Positions 9,624 through 19,327 of a stretch of 64,000 nt of DNA are shown here, piece after piece. The position numbers and the translations under genes were made by a program. A model generated the notes under the pieces. The model was not told the origin of the DNA, ran no database searches, and worked only from the letters and a program-made list of their open reading frames with translations. This stretch comes from an uncultured Alphaproteobacteria bacterium (GTDB lineage Bacteria > Electryoneota > RPQS01), in assembly GCA_964444755.1 (NCBI GenBank), contig CAYUIF010000001.1:238402-302401 (forward strand), in the 5' to 3' direction. How positions within the stretch are numbered: the stretch's first letter is position 1; the number at the start of each line of letters is the position of its first letter.

Positions 9624-9914
9624 ATGGTGAACATTTATGCGGGTAATCTGGCTTGGGCAGTTACCGAGGAAGACCTTCGGGGCGTCTTCGAGGAATTCGG
9701 GGAAGTGGAACGGGTATCCGTCATCATGGATCGCTTAACCGGTCGCTCGCGCGGCTTCGGATTCGTCGAAATGCCGAATGTGACCGAGGCCAATGCGGCC
9801 ATTGCCGCGTTGCATGATCAGGATCTGAAGGGCCGCAAAATGCTTATTCGCGAAGCACGGCCGAAGAGTGAAATGGATCAGCGTCCCCGGCAGGCTCAGC
9901 AAGCCGGTGAATAG
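9624..9914 (+). CDS. RRM-domain RNA-binding protein
   Basis: RNP-2 IYAGNL and RNP-1 RGFGFVEM. 96 aa. Paralog of the 23390-23695 gene. Long (~360 nt) 5' leader. Confidence 0.9.
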   Translation: MVNIYAGNLAWAVTEEDLRGVFEEFGEVERVSVIMDRLTGRSRGFGFVEMPNVTEANAAIAALHDQDLKGRKMLIREARPKSEMDQRPRQAQQAGE

Positions 9915-9939
9915 TCTTCACCCACATGATTTAACAAAG

Positions 9940-10066
9940 CGCCGCATGGATTTTCCCATGCGGCGTTTTGTATCTGTATTCTGTAGGGGCACAGCGCGCT
10001 GTGCCCTTCTCTTCGCCGAGCGAGGTCGCCGACCTCGCCGGAATCATTCACTTTTTGTATCGGTTG
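9940..10066. repeat. REP-like palindromic elements
   Basis: tgtaggggcacagcgcgctgtgccc (GTAG + hairpin) and ttcgccgag-cgaggtcg-cc-gacctcg-ccggaatc. Confidence 0.55.
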
Positions 10067-10609
10067 CTACTTCCCCTCCACCTCGATTTCCACCCCCAGT
10101 GCATTCGCCAGCCGGTTGATGTAGTTGTAATAGGCTGCGATCTGTACCACCCGTAAAATCTCCAAATCATCCAATCCGCACACTCGCAAGTCTTCCACAT
10201 CCTGCCGCTTCATGGAATTGGGCAGTAGCGTGATCTTCCGCGCGAAATACACCAACCGCTGTAATCGCTTCGGTTGATCGTCCGGTTCTTCGCCGTCCGT
10301 TAAACACTGCACCAGATCCTCGCTGCCGCCGGCCTGTCGCAGCGCATCCGTGTGATGATGCAGACAGTAGTGGCACTCGTTGGCCACCGAAACCGCGACC
10401 GCAATCGCTTCCCGCTCCAATCGCGGCAAGCCCTCCGGCGAGTACATCGCCGCGAAGTACAGATCGCGACTCGCGCGCAGGCTGTCGGGATCGAGACTTT
10501 GCAGCGGATAGATATTCGCCACCCGTCCCCGCGCCCGCGCAATCTCGCGGTAAATCTCCGCCAGTTTGCCTTCCGCCTGTTCCGGATTGATCGTTTCGAT
10601 GTACGGCAT
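10067..10609 (-). CDS. Carboxymuconolactone decarboxylase / AhpD-like peroxidase-related protein
   Basis: CHYCLHHH (CxxC...H) AhpD-core motif. Start MPYIETINPEQAEGK. Confidence 0.75.
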   Translation of the reverse strand: MPYIETINPEQAEGKLAEIYREIARARGRVANIYPLQSLDPDSLRASRDLYFAAMYSPEGLPRLEREAIAVAVSVANECHYCLHHHTDALRQAGGSEDLVQCLTDGEEPDDQPKRLQRLVYFARKITLLPNSMKRQDVEDLRVCGLDDLEILRVVQIAAYYNYINRLANALGVEIEVEGK

Positions 10610-10635
10610 GTTTAATGAAAATTCATAACACAAAG

Positions 10636-10858
10636 GGTAGGGGGTTTAAGCAGCGCGGAATCCGCCCGTGTTCTTCCGTCGGGGCACAGCGTGCTATGCC
10701 CAAATCGCGGCGGCACGTGCTCCACGTGCCCCGCTAACCGCGCACTGCCATGTGGCGCCACAACAATCTTTTCGCCGAGCGACATCGCTGACCTCGCCGG
10801 AATCCATCATCGACGTGCGGGGTATCCTTACTCCGCACGCTCTTTGTGACGCGGTTTT
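10636..10858. repeat. REP/BIME-like palindromic element array
   Basis: ggggcacagcgtgctatgccc, ggcacgtgctccacgtgcc, ttcgccgag...ccggaatc, gtgcggggtatccttactccgcac. Confidence 0.55.
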
Positions 10859-10859
10859 T

Positions 10860-12224
10860 TTACACTACTCCCGCCCGTTGCCACAGCGCCGTCGCTTCGC
10901 GTTGGGCGTTCCGCTTTATGGCGATCTCATCGCCCTTGACCAACCGGCCGTCCTCCACTACGATTTCACCGTTGGTAATCACCGCCCTGGCTCGATGATC
11001 GAATCCGCAAAAGACCGGCGCCGCAATGGGATCGAATGCTCCGGCAAACGCCAGTTGATCCAAATCGAAAATCGCCACATCGGCGGCTTTTCCTTCCAGC
11101 AAGCGGCCCGCCTCGCAGAATCCTAAAACCCGGGCTGATCCCGCCGTCGCCAGATGAATCACTTTCCGCGCCGTCAGCGCGCGGTTGCCCCACACCGCCC
11201 GCCCTAACAGCATCGCTTGCCGGAGTTCGCCCAGCATATCGCTGCTGTCGTTGGACGCGCTGCCGTCTACGGCCAGTCCCACCGGCACACCCCGCGTAAT
11301 CATTTCGGGAATCCGCGCCGCGCCCGATCCCAACCGCATGTTGCTGGATGGGCAATGCGCCACTCCCGTTCCCCGCTTGGCCAGCTTGTCTAACTCGTCA
11401 TCGTTGAAATGAATGCCGTGCGCATACCAGATATCCGCGCCGATCCACCCCAAATCGTCCATGAATTGCAGCGGACGCACGCCGTATTTCGCGATGCAAT
11501 ACTCTTCTTCATCCTTCGTTTCCGCCAAATGCGTATGCAGTCGCACGTGATGTTTGCGCGCCAATTCCGCCGACTCCTTCAGCAAATGCGGCGTAACGTT
11601 GAACGGACTGCACGGCGCCAGATTCAACCGGCACATGGATAGGGGAGAGGGATCGTGATATTTGCGGATTAAGTCTTCGCTGCTCCTTAGAACATGATCG
11701 TCATCTTCCACCAGATCATCCGGCGGCAAGCCTCCGCCGGATTGTCCAAGGGTCATGGAACCCCGCGTCGCGCAGAACCGCATTCCCAGTTCGCGTGCCG
11801 CCTCGATCTCAATCCCGATCAAATCATCCGCCACACCTTGCGGGAACAAATAGTGATGATCGGAACTGGTTGTGCAGCCCGTGATCTGCAATTCGGCAAT
11901 CGCCAGCCGCGCCGCCGCGTGCAGCGTCTCCGGGCGCACGTGCCGCCACACTTGGTAATGATACACCAGCCATTCGAACAGCTTCTCGTCTTGTGCGCCC
12001 GGCAGGCAGCGCGTCATCGTCTGAAAGAAATGGTGATGCGTGTTGATCAATCCCGGCAGCACGACTTTGTTCGTACAATCCAACACGCGGGTTTCCGGGG
12101 ATGCCTTCAGACCGTGTCCGATCTCGGCAATCTGGTTTCCGGAGATGCGCAGATCAACATCTCGTTGTTCGGTCCCTTCACATTGAAACAGCGCATGAAT
12201 GTTTTTAAGTAGTAGATCAGCCAT
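10860..12224 (-). CDS. Amidohydrolase (TRZ/ATZ chlorohydrolase / 8-oxoguanine-deaminase / SsnA-like family)
   Basis: Metal-binding VVLPGLINTHHHFFQT. 454 aa from MADLLLKNIHALFQ. HxH...H...D architecture. Confidence 0.85.
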   Translation of the reverse strand: MADLLLKNIHALFQCEGTEQRDVDLRISGNQIAEIGHGLKASPETRVLDCTNKVVLPGLINTHHHFFQTMTRCLPGAQDEKLFEWLVYHYQVWRHVRPETLHAAARLAIAELQITGCTTSSDHHYLFPQGVADDLIGIEIEAARELGMRFCATRGSMTLGQSGGGLPPDDLVEDDDHVLRSSEDLIRKYHDPSPLSMCRLNLAPCSPFNVTPHLLKESAELARKHHVRLHTHLAETKDEEEYCIAKYGVRPLQFMDDLGWIGADIWYAHGIHFNDDELDKLAKRGTGVAHCPSSNMRLGSGAARIPEMITRGVPVGLAVDGSASNDSSDMLGELRQAMLLGRAVWGNRALTARKVIHLATAGSARVLGFCEAGRLLEGKAADVAIFDLDQLAFAGAFDPIAAPVFCGFDHRARAVITNGEIVVEDGRLVKGDEIAIKRNAQREATALWQRAGVV

Positions 12225-12660
12225 TTCACTTTCCGCTTGCGTGGTTAACACTCCAATATATGAAATTGAATGAAAGTCGCACGGTATTACCGTACTTAAA
12301 ACGAGAAATCGTAAAGGAGGCATGATATTGTACTAAATAGTCCATTAATGGGTCATGACTGTGCAGTTTCTAACACACTTCCAGACTTCTTCACTATTCA
12401 TATGTTAATCTGACAATTCCGAGATTATTTTTGGGGAATGCCATTCTTCTCAAATTACAAATATTTTAAACTTTTCATATTGAAGATATTGCTTCACCAT
12501 ATAAAGTCCTTATCTTTTTATTAGGTGTAAAGGAACAGGTTGGATTGATATTGTTCTAAATTTCACAAATAGAGTGCTGGTGTTCGTATTCTCAGGCATG
12601 CGTCCTCTCTGCATTGCGTATGCGAATACCGCGTATGTTCCTGACCAGGAGGAGAGATCA

Positions 12661-15600
12661 ATGAAACAATTCATGAGAGGGTTTTGTGGGGCGCTCTTGA
12701 CGATAATCATCGTCGGAGCGTCTTCGGTTTTTGCACAGTGTAACGCACATTTGCTTGCGGCACTCGATGAAAACAATCCCCTGTACGCCGGTCAACGGTT
12801 CGATGTTTCGGTCTGGACCGGCAGTCCGTACTGCCCGGCCAGTGGTCAGATCACGATTCGAACCGAACCGCCCGGTTCGGCGCTCATTGCGGGTAATCCG
12901 TTCTGGGTGGACAGTTTCTTCGATGTGTTTACTGAAGTCGAAACCGTGAAACCGCCGATCACACCGATCGTGCCGCCGGGCACCCCGTTTCAGATCATCA
13001 CCGAAGTGACCTTCGACGATCCGGTGTATCCGGCCTTGTGGTATGAAGAGATGGTGCAGGTTACTCCAATGAACCGTTTGGAGATCATTCATCCGCTGCC
13101 GTGCACCAGTAACGTACCCCCGGATTTGTTCTTGGGGTCGGGCAGTTGCTTCACGGTTTGTCATGGAGTGTACACGGTAGCATTGATCGGCGGTCCGATC
13201 AATTGTGAGCCGATTATTCACGTGACTCCCGGTTGCACAATGCCGCCGTGCGGACCGCAGCCGTGTATGCCGGGTTCGCCGGATTCCTACCGCTATGAGG
13301 TCTATCAATATGGCGGTCAATGGTACCTTGAGTTCGAGTATTCCAATCCCCTTGTGGAACCGGTTTGCTACTGCGTCAACTATGTGGGCAATTTGCCGCA
13401 TGCCGGCGAAACCTATGTATTAGGCGGATGGGAGAACGCGCGCCAGGATATGAATGTCTCGGTGTGGACCAACAACTTGATGGATCCCATCAGCGGGACA
13501 ATCGAGATCTTTTCCTATCCCGCCGGAGCCCAGTTTGAAGGTGGCGGTGGGGGCGGTGGTGGATATGTCGAATCCTTCTTCGATGTCTTCATGGAGCCGT
13601 GGACGGCCGATCCGCCGGTCGGTCCCGGTATCTTTACTCCCGGTCAGCAGTTCCAACTCATTGGCTACATCCACTATGATCCCCCCGGACTGAGCTATCC
13701 GCCGCAATGGGTAGTAGAGGATGTGGTTGTCACGCCCAATGGCGGATTACAACTGGTCAATCCGGGTTGTACCGGTCCGGTGATTATCCCGCCCCGGATT
13801 ACTCCGGGAGTCCCGGCTTGTCTGAATGTCTGTCACGATATCTATTACATTCCGCTGGATTGCGAGGCATCGTCTACGCCCGAAGTGCAAATCTTCTCCG
13901 GCTGTGATCTGACCACGCCCTGTGCCAGTACGTTCCCCTGCACGCCGGGCGCCATGACTGATTTCCGCTATGATGTTTATCGGGTGGGCGGAACGTGGAT
14001 TTTGGAATTCGAATACTCCAACGAGCAGATTCAACCGGTTTGCTATTGTGTGGATGTTTCGTGCCCGTCCACGCCTCGTCCCGTGGCCTATGGTTTAGGC
14101 GCGCTCAGCGAATGGCATCAAACCTTTGATGTTTCCGTGTGGGGGAGCAGTCCGCGAGTTCCCCTGAATGGAACAATCCACTATCGCTCCGACCCGCCGG
14201 GAGCCGCTTTAGACTGGCCGGTGGATAGTTTCTTCGATGTGTTCCTGGAACCGTTTACCTCGAAGGTTCCGGTCATGCCGGGCATCTTCATGCCCGGTGA
14301 GACGTTCCATCTGATTGCCGAGATTGATTTCTTTGGTCCCGGCAGCGATCCCTTCGATGGAATTATTTACGATGAGTGCGTGGTGGTTACTCCCACCGGA
14401 CAATTGGCGCTATGGGATCCCATTACCCCCTGCGGCGGTGACTACACGCCCGGCTCGATGAGTCCCGGACAATCCGAATGTTTCCGGGTTTGTCACCGGG
14501 TTTACGAAATTGTTTTGAATTATCTGCCCGGCGGCGGTCGTCCGGTGATCAGTGTGACGCCCGGCTGCCAAGGTCCGCCGTTCGATAATTGCGTGATGGA
14601 AGCTTGCGTTCCCGGCGGTCCTAACGACTTTGTCTATGATGTTTATCACAACGGAGTGGATTGGATTCTGCGTTTCGAGTATTCCAATCCTTATGTCGAA
14701 CCGGTCTGTTACTGCGTGACCTATGAAGGCAATGTGCCATTCGATTGTGAAACCCGCGAACTGGCCGCTCTCGATGAGATAGATTCGTTCTTCGATGTGT
14801 CACTCCGCACCTTCAGCCCCAGCGGTCAAACCTGTCCCGCTTCGGGAATGATTACTCTCTATTCTTATCCGGAGGGTGCGTATATCGGTCCGTACATCGA
14901 TTCCTTCTTCGATGTGTTCACCGAATGGTACACCGTAAAGGCGCCGGTCGGTCCGGGTACCTTTGGACCGGGTGAAGCCTTCCAGCTCATCGCCTATATT
15001 GATTACACCGAACCCGCCTATCCCGATCAATGGCTGACCGAGGAAGTGATGGTGAATTCTGCGGGTACGGGTCTCGTGATCAATGACACCGGTGGTGAAT
15101 GCACGGGCGATATCGTTCCGCCGGCCATGAACTTGGGGATGTCGGCCTGCTTCAAGGTCTGTCATCGCATCTACCATATTCCCATCATTGATGCGACTGA
15201 TCCCGCCAATCCGCCAACGGTCATCGTTACTCCCGGCTGTTTCGGTGAACCGCAGGATCATTGCCTGCCCGACCCGGAATGCACGCCCGGTCATCCCGAC
15301 TACTATCGTTACGATCTCATTTGGATGGGAGACCATTGGGAACTGGAGTTCGAATACTCCAACGAGAATGTCGAACCCGTCTGTTACTGTGTGACGGTCG
15401 AAGGAACCTCCCAACCCTGTGAGACGCACGCCTTGGTCGCGCTGGACAGCGACAATCAGTTGTTGAAGGTGAGCTTGATGTCGCGTGATCCGGGCGGGAC
15501 ACTGCCCTGCGAAGTTAGTGGAACGGTAAGGCTGCAATCGGTTCCATTCGGACTGTATTTCCAGACTCCAACTTGGCACTTCTTCGGAGTCGGTGAAGAA

Positions 15601-17004
15601 TGGGTTGCAGAAGCCACGCCGGTGGCGCGGGATGCGGGTGTTCCGGATAGCTTCTTCGATGTCTTCGTGGAAATTGATTTTGATGATCCCGCTCAACCGG
15701 ATATGATCGAAACCGAAAGTGTGATGGTTGATCCGGTTTCCGGCGGCTTGGTCATTAACGACGTGGGCGGCCAATGCCCGCCCGGCGCGATCTATGTTCC
15801 GGATACGTTGCACTACGGACAACCCGAATGCTTCAAGGTCTGTCACGATATCTATTACGTGTCGCTGGATATCCCCGGACCGCAAGTCATCCCGGTGGTT
15901 ATGGTGACGCCCGGCTGTGATCCTTCCGCCACCAATTGCAGCGATCCGGCCTGCACCCCCGGCGGCCCCTTCGACTATCGCTACGATGTGTTCAAAGTCG
16001 GCGGCTCGTGGATTCTCGAATTTGAATATTCCAACGAGGATATCGAACCGGTTTGTTACTGCGTTGAAGTCTCCGCGATCAATCCGGTTCCCTTCGAAGC
16101 GTATATGCTGGGAACGTTGAACGAAGTGGATCAGACCTTCGATATCACCTTATGGACCTCCCCCGGTGCGCCCCTCGCCGACGGCAGCTTGATCGTATAT
16201 GCCGATCCGATTTCCGCCAGTGTTATTCCGTTTACCGGAGTGGGAGCGGATTACGTGACGTGGCATGTGCCGGTCAGCACCGGTATGCTGCTGCCCGGAC
16301 AGGATTTTGAGCTGATCGCCCGCGTGCAATTCAACGATCCGGTCTTCGGCAGATGGGAGTATCACGAGACCGTGATGATTGATCCCACCGGCATCGTTAT
16401 CCCCTGGGATCCCATCACACCGTGCATCGGTGATCATGTTCCGGCGGTGATGGACGGCGGCACGTCCCGCTGCTTCATCGTCTGCCACAAGGTCTACGAT
16501 GTTCTGCTCAATATCTCGCCGCTGGTGACGCAGCCGTTGATTTCGGTCACCCCCGGCTGTTTCGGCGCGCCGTTGGATAGCTGCCCCGTAGTGGATTGCC
16601 GGCCCGGCGGTCCGCTGGATTACTGCTACCGCTTCTACTTCGATGGAATCTATTGGCATCTCCTCTTCGAGTATTCCAATATGTACCGTCAGCCCGTGTG
16701 CTACTGCGTCACGATTCTTTCACCGCCGCCGCCGTGCGATCCGGTGCCTGACCTGGTGATTCTCTGGCCGAATGTGGATACCGGGGCTCCGCTGCAGATT
16801 ACCTTCACCTGCCCGCAGGATGCGGAATACCTGATCTACAGCACCACCGATCCGAACAATCACGGCGATCCGCCCGGTCCGCTGTGGTCGCTGGATCACA
16901 CCGTCCTCGGTTTGGCCGGTCAGCAGATTACCTGGGTTCCGGTTCATGCCGATAATGCCTACTACCGCAATTATGTCGTGAAGGCGCGCTGCGGTCCGCA
17001 TTAA
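12661..17004 (+). CDS. Giant secreted cysteine-rich protein built from six tandem ~225-aa repeats (novel repeat family with a CX3CH motif)
   Basis: GGAGGAG RBS, then ATG at 12661. Signal peptide MKQFMRGFCGALLTIIIVGASSVFAQC. Six units each contain DSFFDVF, C-x3-CH (CFTVCH, CLNVCH, CFRVCH, CFKVCH twice, CFIVCH), VTPGC, C.PG.P.D.YRYDVY..G..W.LEFEYSN and EPVCYCV. There is a poly-Gly linker (GGGGGGGG) and no T9SS C-terminal domain. Confidence 0.85.
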   Translation: MKQFMRGFCGALLTIIIVGASSVFAQCNAHLLAALDENNPLYAGQRFDVSVWTGSPYCPASGQITIRTEPPGSALIAGNPFWVDSFFDVFTEVETVKPPITPIVPPGTPFQIITEVTFDDPVYPALWYEEMVQVTPMNRLEIIHPLPCTSNVPPDLFLGSGSCFTVCHGVYTVALIGGPINCEPIIHVTPGCTMPPCGPQPCMPGSPDSYRYEVYQYGGQWYLEFEYSNPLVEPVCYCVNYVGNLPHAGETYVLGGWENARQDMNVSVWTNNLMDPISGTIEIFSYPAGAQFEGGGGGGGGYVESFFDVFMEPWTADPPVGPGIFTPGQQFQLIGYIHYDPPGLSYPPQWVVEDVVVTPNGGLQLVNPGCTGPVIIPPRITPGVPACLNVCHDIYYIPLDCEASSTPEVQIFSGCDLTTPCASTFPCTPGAMTDFRYDVYRVGGTWILEFEYSNEQIQPVCYCVDVSCPSTPRPVAYGLGALSEWHQTFDVSVWGSSPRVPLNGTIHYRSDPPGAALDWPVDSFFDVFLEPFTSKVPVMPGIFMPGETFHLIAEIDFFGPGSDPFDGIIYDECVVVTPTGQLALWDPITPCGGDYTPGSMSPGQSECFRVCHRVYEIVLNYLPGGGRPVISVTPGCQGPPFDNCVMEACVPGGPNDFVYDVYHNGVDWILRFEYSNPYVEPVCYCVTYEGNVPFDCETRELAALDEIDSFFDVSLRTFSPSGQTCPASGMITLYSYPEGAYIGPYIDSFFDVFTEWYTVKAPVGPGTFGPGEAFQLIAYIDYTEPAYPDQWLTEEVMVNSAGTGLVINDTGGECTGDIVPPAMNLGMSACFKVCHRIYHIPIIDATDPANPPTVIVTPGCFGEPQDHCLPDPECTPGHPDYYRYDLIWMGDHWELEFEYSNENVEPVCYCVTVEGTSQPCETHALVALDSDNQLLKVSLMSRDPGGTLPCEVSGTVRLQSVPFGLYFQTPTWHFFGVGEEWVAEATPVARDAGVPDSFFDVFVEIDFDDPAQPDMIETESVMVDPVSGGLVINDVGGQCPPGAIYVPDTLHYGQPECFKVCHDIYYVSLDIPGPQVIPVVMVTPGCDPSATNCSDPACTPGGPFDYRYDVFKVGGSWILEFEYSNEDIEPVCYCVEVSAINPVPFEAYMLGTLNEVDQTFDITLWTSPGAPLADGSLIVYADPISASVIPFTGVGADYVTWHVPVSTGMLLPGQDFELIARVQFNDPVFGRWEYHETVMIDPTGIVIPWDPITPCIGDHVPAVMDGGTSRCFIVCHKVYDVLLNISPLVTQPLISVTPGCFGAPLDSCPVVDCRPGGPLDYCYRFYFDGIYWHLLFEYSNMYRQPVCYCVTILSPPPPCDPVPDLVILWPNVDTGAPLQITFTCPQDAEYLIYSTTDPNNHGDPPGPLWSLDHTVLGLAGQQITWVPVHADNAYYRNYVVKARCGPH
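12780..16740 (+). repeat. Six intragenic tandem repeat units (~660-680 nt each) inside the giant gene
   Basis: EFEYSN codons recur at about 13331, 14011, 14673, 15342, 16021 and 16670. Protein units share roughly 35-50% identity. Confidence 0.8.
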
Positions 17005-17030
17005 TCATCCTCAACGAACCTGAAACCATC

Positions 17031-17059
17031 GGCGGGACGCGATCATTCGCGTCCCGCCG
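17031..17059 (+). terminator. Terminator hairpin after the giant gene
   Basis: ggcgggacgcga-tcat-tcgcgtcccgcc (13-bp stem), then ttcttataaa. Confidence 0.6.
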
Positions 17060-17073
17060 TTCTTATAAACGAC

Positions 17074-17103
17074 GCGGGCTGTCGTCCGAAGACCGACAGC
17101 CCG
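17074..17103 (-). terminator. Terminator hairpin after the rhodanese gene (convergent)
   Basis: gcgggctgtcg-tccgaaga-cgacagcccgc is a perfect 11-bp stem. Confidence 0.5.
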
Positions 17104-17128
17104 CAGCCAGTGAGAGAAAAAGCGGTGA

Positions 17129-18151
17129 TTATCGAATCGCAATCGCGCCGGTTTCCACCGGATAAGTCGGTGTGAGATTCGTCCACACATTCGCGCCCAG
17201 AATTGCCGGATCATCGGTGATGGCGTTCACGCCCATCCGCATCGAATAAGCGTCATAACCCAGCGCGTTGAGATAAGCGTCCATCTGCATGGAGGTTTGA
17301 CCCGTGAAACAGTACACAACCACCGGACGATCGGTGGGAATGTACTTCAGATTCTCGGTAAGACCCAGCGATCCGGGCTGAAAGCGATAGGAACCGGGAA
17401 TATGTCCCGCATTGTAGTTGGCTTCCGGCCAGTAGCACAAGAGGAACCAGTCGTTGCTGGCGTCGCCGTCGTTCAGGTTGGTATAAACGTCCGCCGCGCT
17501 CTTCATCTTCCAGTTTACCGGGGAAGCCGTGAGCTGCTGGGAAATGCGGCTGACGAACATATCAATCGCGCTGCCGCTGGCGCTCGGATTCGGGAACGCG
17601 TATTCGGTGGTCAGCGGATGATTGGCTGTTTCCAACGTCTGTCCGCCGCGGGTCAGGGTGTACCAGCCGCCGCCCGCGCCGGTCTGGGCTGTATCGCTGG
17701 TCCATGAACAGAAGCCCCACTTGAGATTGTAGGCGTTGAGACCGACCAGGTTCAAGTAACTGGTGGCAAAACTGGCGGTTTGGCCCGTATAGCAGTAAAC
17801 CACGATCTTCTTATCCGTCGGCAGATCCGCGCGATAGTTCACTAAGTCTGCGGCATCCCAGTGATGCGCGCCGGGAATGTGACCGCGCACCGTATCATCC
17901 GCCAGCGAGCGAATGCTGATGATATAGGGTTGAGTTGCATCACCGTCGTTCATTTCCGTCCATAACACATCCGCGGTGATATTCTTGGTTGAACCGAGAA
18001 TACTGTCGCCCCAGGCTGCCATCGTTTGAAACGCAGTAGTAGCTGGCGGATTGTTGTTGTCGCTGCTGTCGTCATCATCGGAACAACCGATGAATACCGT
18101 TAAACTGGCCATGAGAATCATGGGGACCAGCCATTTCGCAAATGCCTTCAT
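17129..18151 (-). CDS. Lipoprotein with two rhodanese-like domains
   Basis: Lipobox LTVFIGC. Two rhodanese active-site-type loops, VVYCYTGQTASF and VVYCFTGQTSMQ, each preceded by HIPGA/HIPGS. Confidence 0.85.
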   Translation of the reverse strand: MKAFAKWLVPMILMASLTVFIGCSDDDDSSDNNNPPATTAFQTMAAWGDSILGSTKNITADVLWTEMNDGDATQPYIISIRSLADDTVRGHIPGAHHWDAADLVNYRADLPTDKKIVVYCYTGQTASFATSYLNLVGLNAYNLKWGFCSWTSDTAQTGAGGGWYTLTRGGQTLETANHPLTTEYAFPNPSASGSAIDMFVSRISQQLTASPVNWKMKSAADVYTNLNDGDASNDWFLLCYWPEANYNAGHIPGSYRFQPGSLGLTENLKYIPTDRPVVVYCFTGQTSMQMDAYLNALGYDAYSMRMGVNAITDDPAILGANVWTNLTPTYPVETGAIAIR

Positions 18152-18208
18152 GTACCTCTCCTTGAATGGGTGTTGTGTGTTGTTATTCGTGTATCGAATG
18201 ATTTCTAC

Positions 18209-19309
18209 TTACCAGGGCGGCGGTCCGTCGGGAACGATCACTCCCGCATTGGCTTGCCGCTCGTTCGCTGATGATAATTGATCCAAATCCACCTGCCGGA
18301 GGAAGAAACCTTCCGGAGTGTTGGGAGTCAGGTGGCAGGCTGCGTTGCAGCTCTGTCCGCCGCTGGTATCGGTCTGCGCCGTCCAGCGTACGATATTGTG
18401 CGGAGTTGCGTATTTGTACGTCGGCAACGATGCATAATTCGGACTGGCGATCCCCCACGGTGTGTACGTATTCTCGGATACCGGGATATGCCGCAGCACG
18501 ACATATTCGCCGGGGCGCTGATCGGGAATCGGATTCCGTCCGATCTTGAAATCTATCCACGATGGTTGCTGAATGCCGTCGCCCGCATGACACTCCGCGC
18601 AATTCTTGTAGGCTTGCGAGTGGCACACCTGACACTGTAAATCGTCGCCGTGAACGGTGTGATACGAATTGGCCGCCAGCGGACTGTGGCAGTCGCGGCA
18701 GCTCACCGGATCGTCCACGTCATAGCGGGTTGTGTACTCCGTTCCGTCGCCATGAATCTTCTGGCCGCTGTGACAGGCTTTGCAATGCATCGCATTGGGA
18801 ATGTAGTGGACGTCGGCGCGGTATCCGGCGTTTTCGCCGGTATATTCAGGACCGATGCGGCTGCCGTGACAAGCGATGCACTGGTTGGTCATATCCGGAG
18901 TGCGGCGGATGTTATGGCCTTGAATAAACCCTCCGCCCACCGACTTCGGACGGCTGATGTGGCATGATCCGCAGCTCGCATGGCACTTGTTGCATTCGGC
19001 GTTGTACGCCTCATAGGCGTGCGGATCGGAAGTCAAAGCCCGCCCCGTGCGTGCTTCGAAGAGCGTATGATACCCCTTCATGGTCGTATGCAGACTGTGC
19101 GATACGTTATTCGCGATCTCCTGATGGCACATCCCGCACTGGTTGACGGAGATCTCCGACGGATCGGCAATCATTCCGTCGTGCGCTTCTTCCTTCGTGA
19201 GTTGTCCGGCCCGTCCGCCGTGACAGATGCGGCATTCCAGTGCGTGGGCGCTGTTGCGGAACGCTTCATAACCGCTGCCTGTCAGAATTACTTTTTGCCA
19301 TCCCTCCAA
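18209..19309 (-). CDS. Multiheme c-type cytochrome (9 CxxCH + 1 CxxxCH), body segment without its own signal peptide
   Basis: CRICH, CGMCH, CNKCH, CGSCH, CIACH, CKACH, CRDCH, CQVCH, CAECH, CNAACH. Begins at a TTG, 18 nt downstream of and in frame with the 19328-19549 ORF. Confidence 0.8.
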   Translation of the reverse strand: MEGWQKVILTGSGYEAFRNSAHALECRICHGGRAGQLTKEEAHDGMIADPSEISVNQCGMCHQEIANNVSHSLHTTMKGYHTLFEARTGRALTSDPHAYEAYNAECNKCHASCGSCHISRPKSVGGGFIQGHNIRRTPDMTNQCIACHGSRIGPEYTGENAGYRADVHYIPNAMHCKACHSGQKIHGDGTEYTTRYDVDDPVSCRDCHSPLAANSYHTVHGDDLQCQVCHSQAYKNCAECHAGDGIQQPSWIDFKIGRNPIPDQRPGEYVVLRHIPVSENTYTPWGIASPNYASLPTYKYATPHNIVRWTAQTDTSGGQSCNAACHLTPNTPEGFFLRQVDLDQLSSANERQANAGVIVPDGPPPW

Positions 19310-19327
19310 CGGAGAGACTGAGCCGCC

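Noticed and set aside
9329-9634. 101-aa minus-strand ORF in the gdh-RRM spacer
   Set aside because: No homology, and it lies within the probable 5' leader of the RRM gene. Hydrophilic nonsense-like composition.
14800-15885. 361-aa minus-strand ORF (and other 100-250-aa ORFs) inside the giant repeat gene
   Set aside because: They overlap the repeat gene, whose six units conserve motifs only in the plus frame. There is no RBS or signal.
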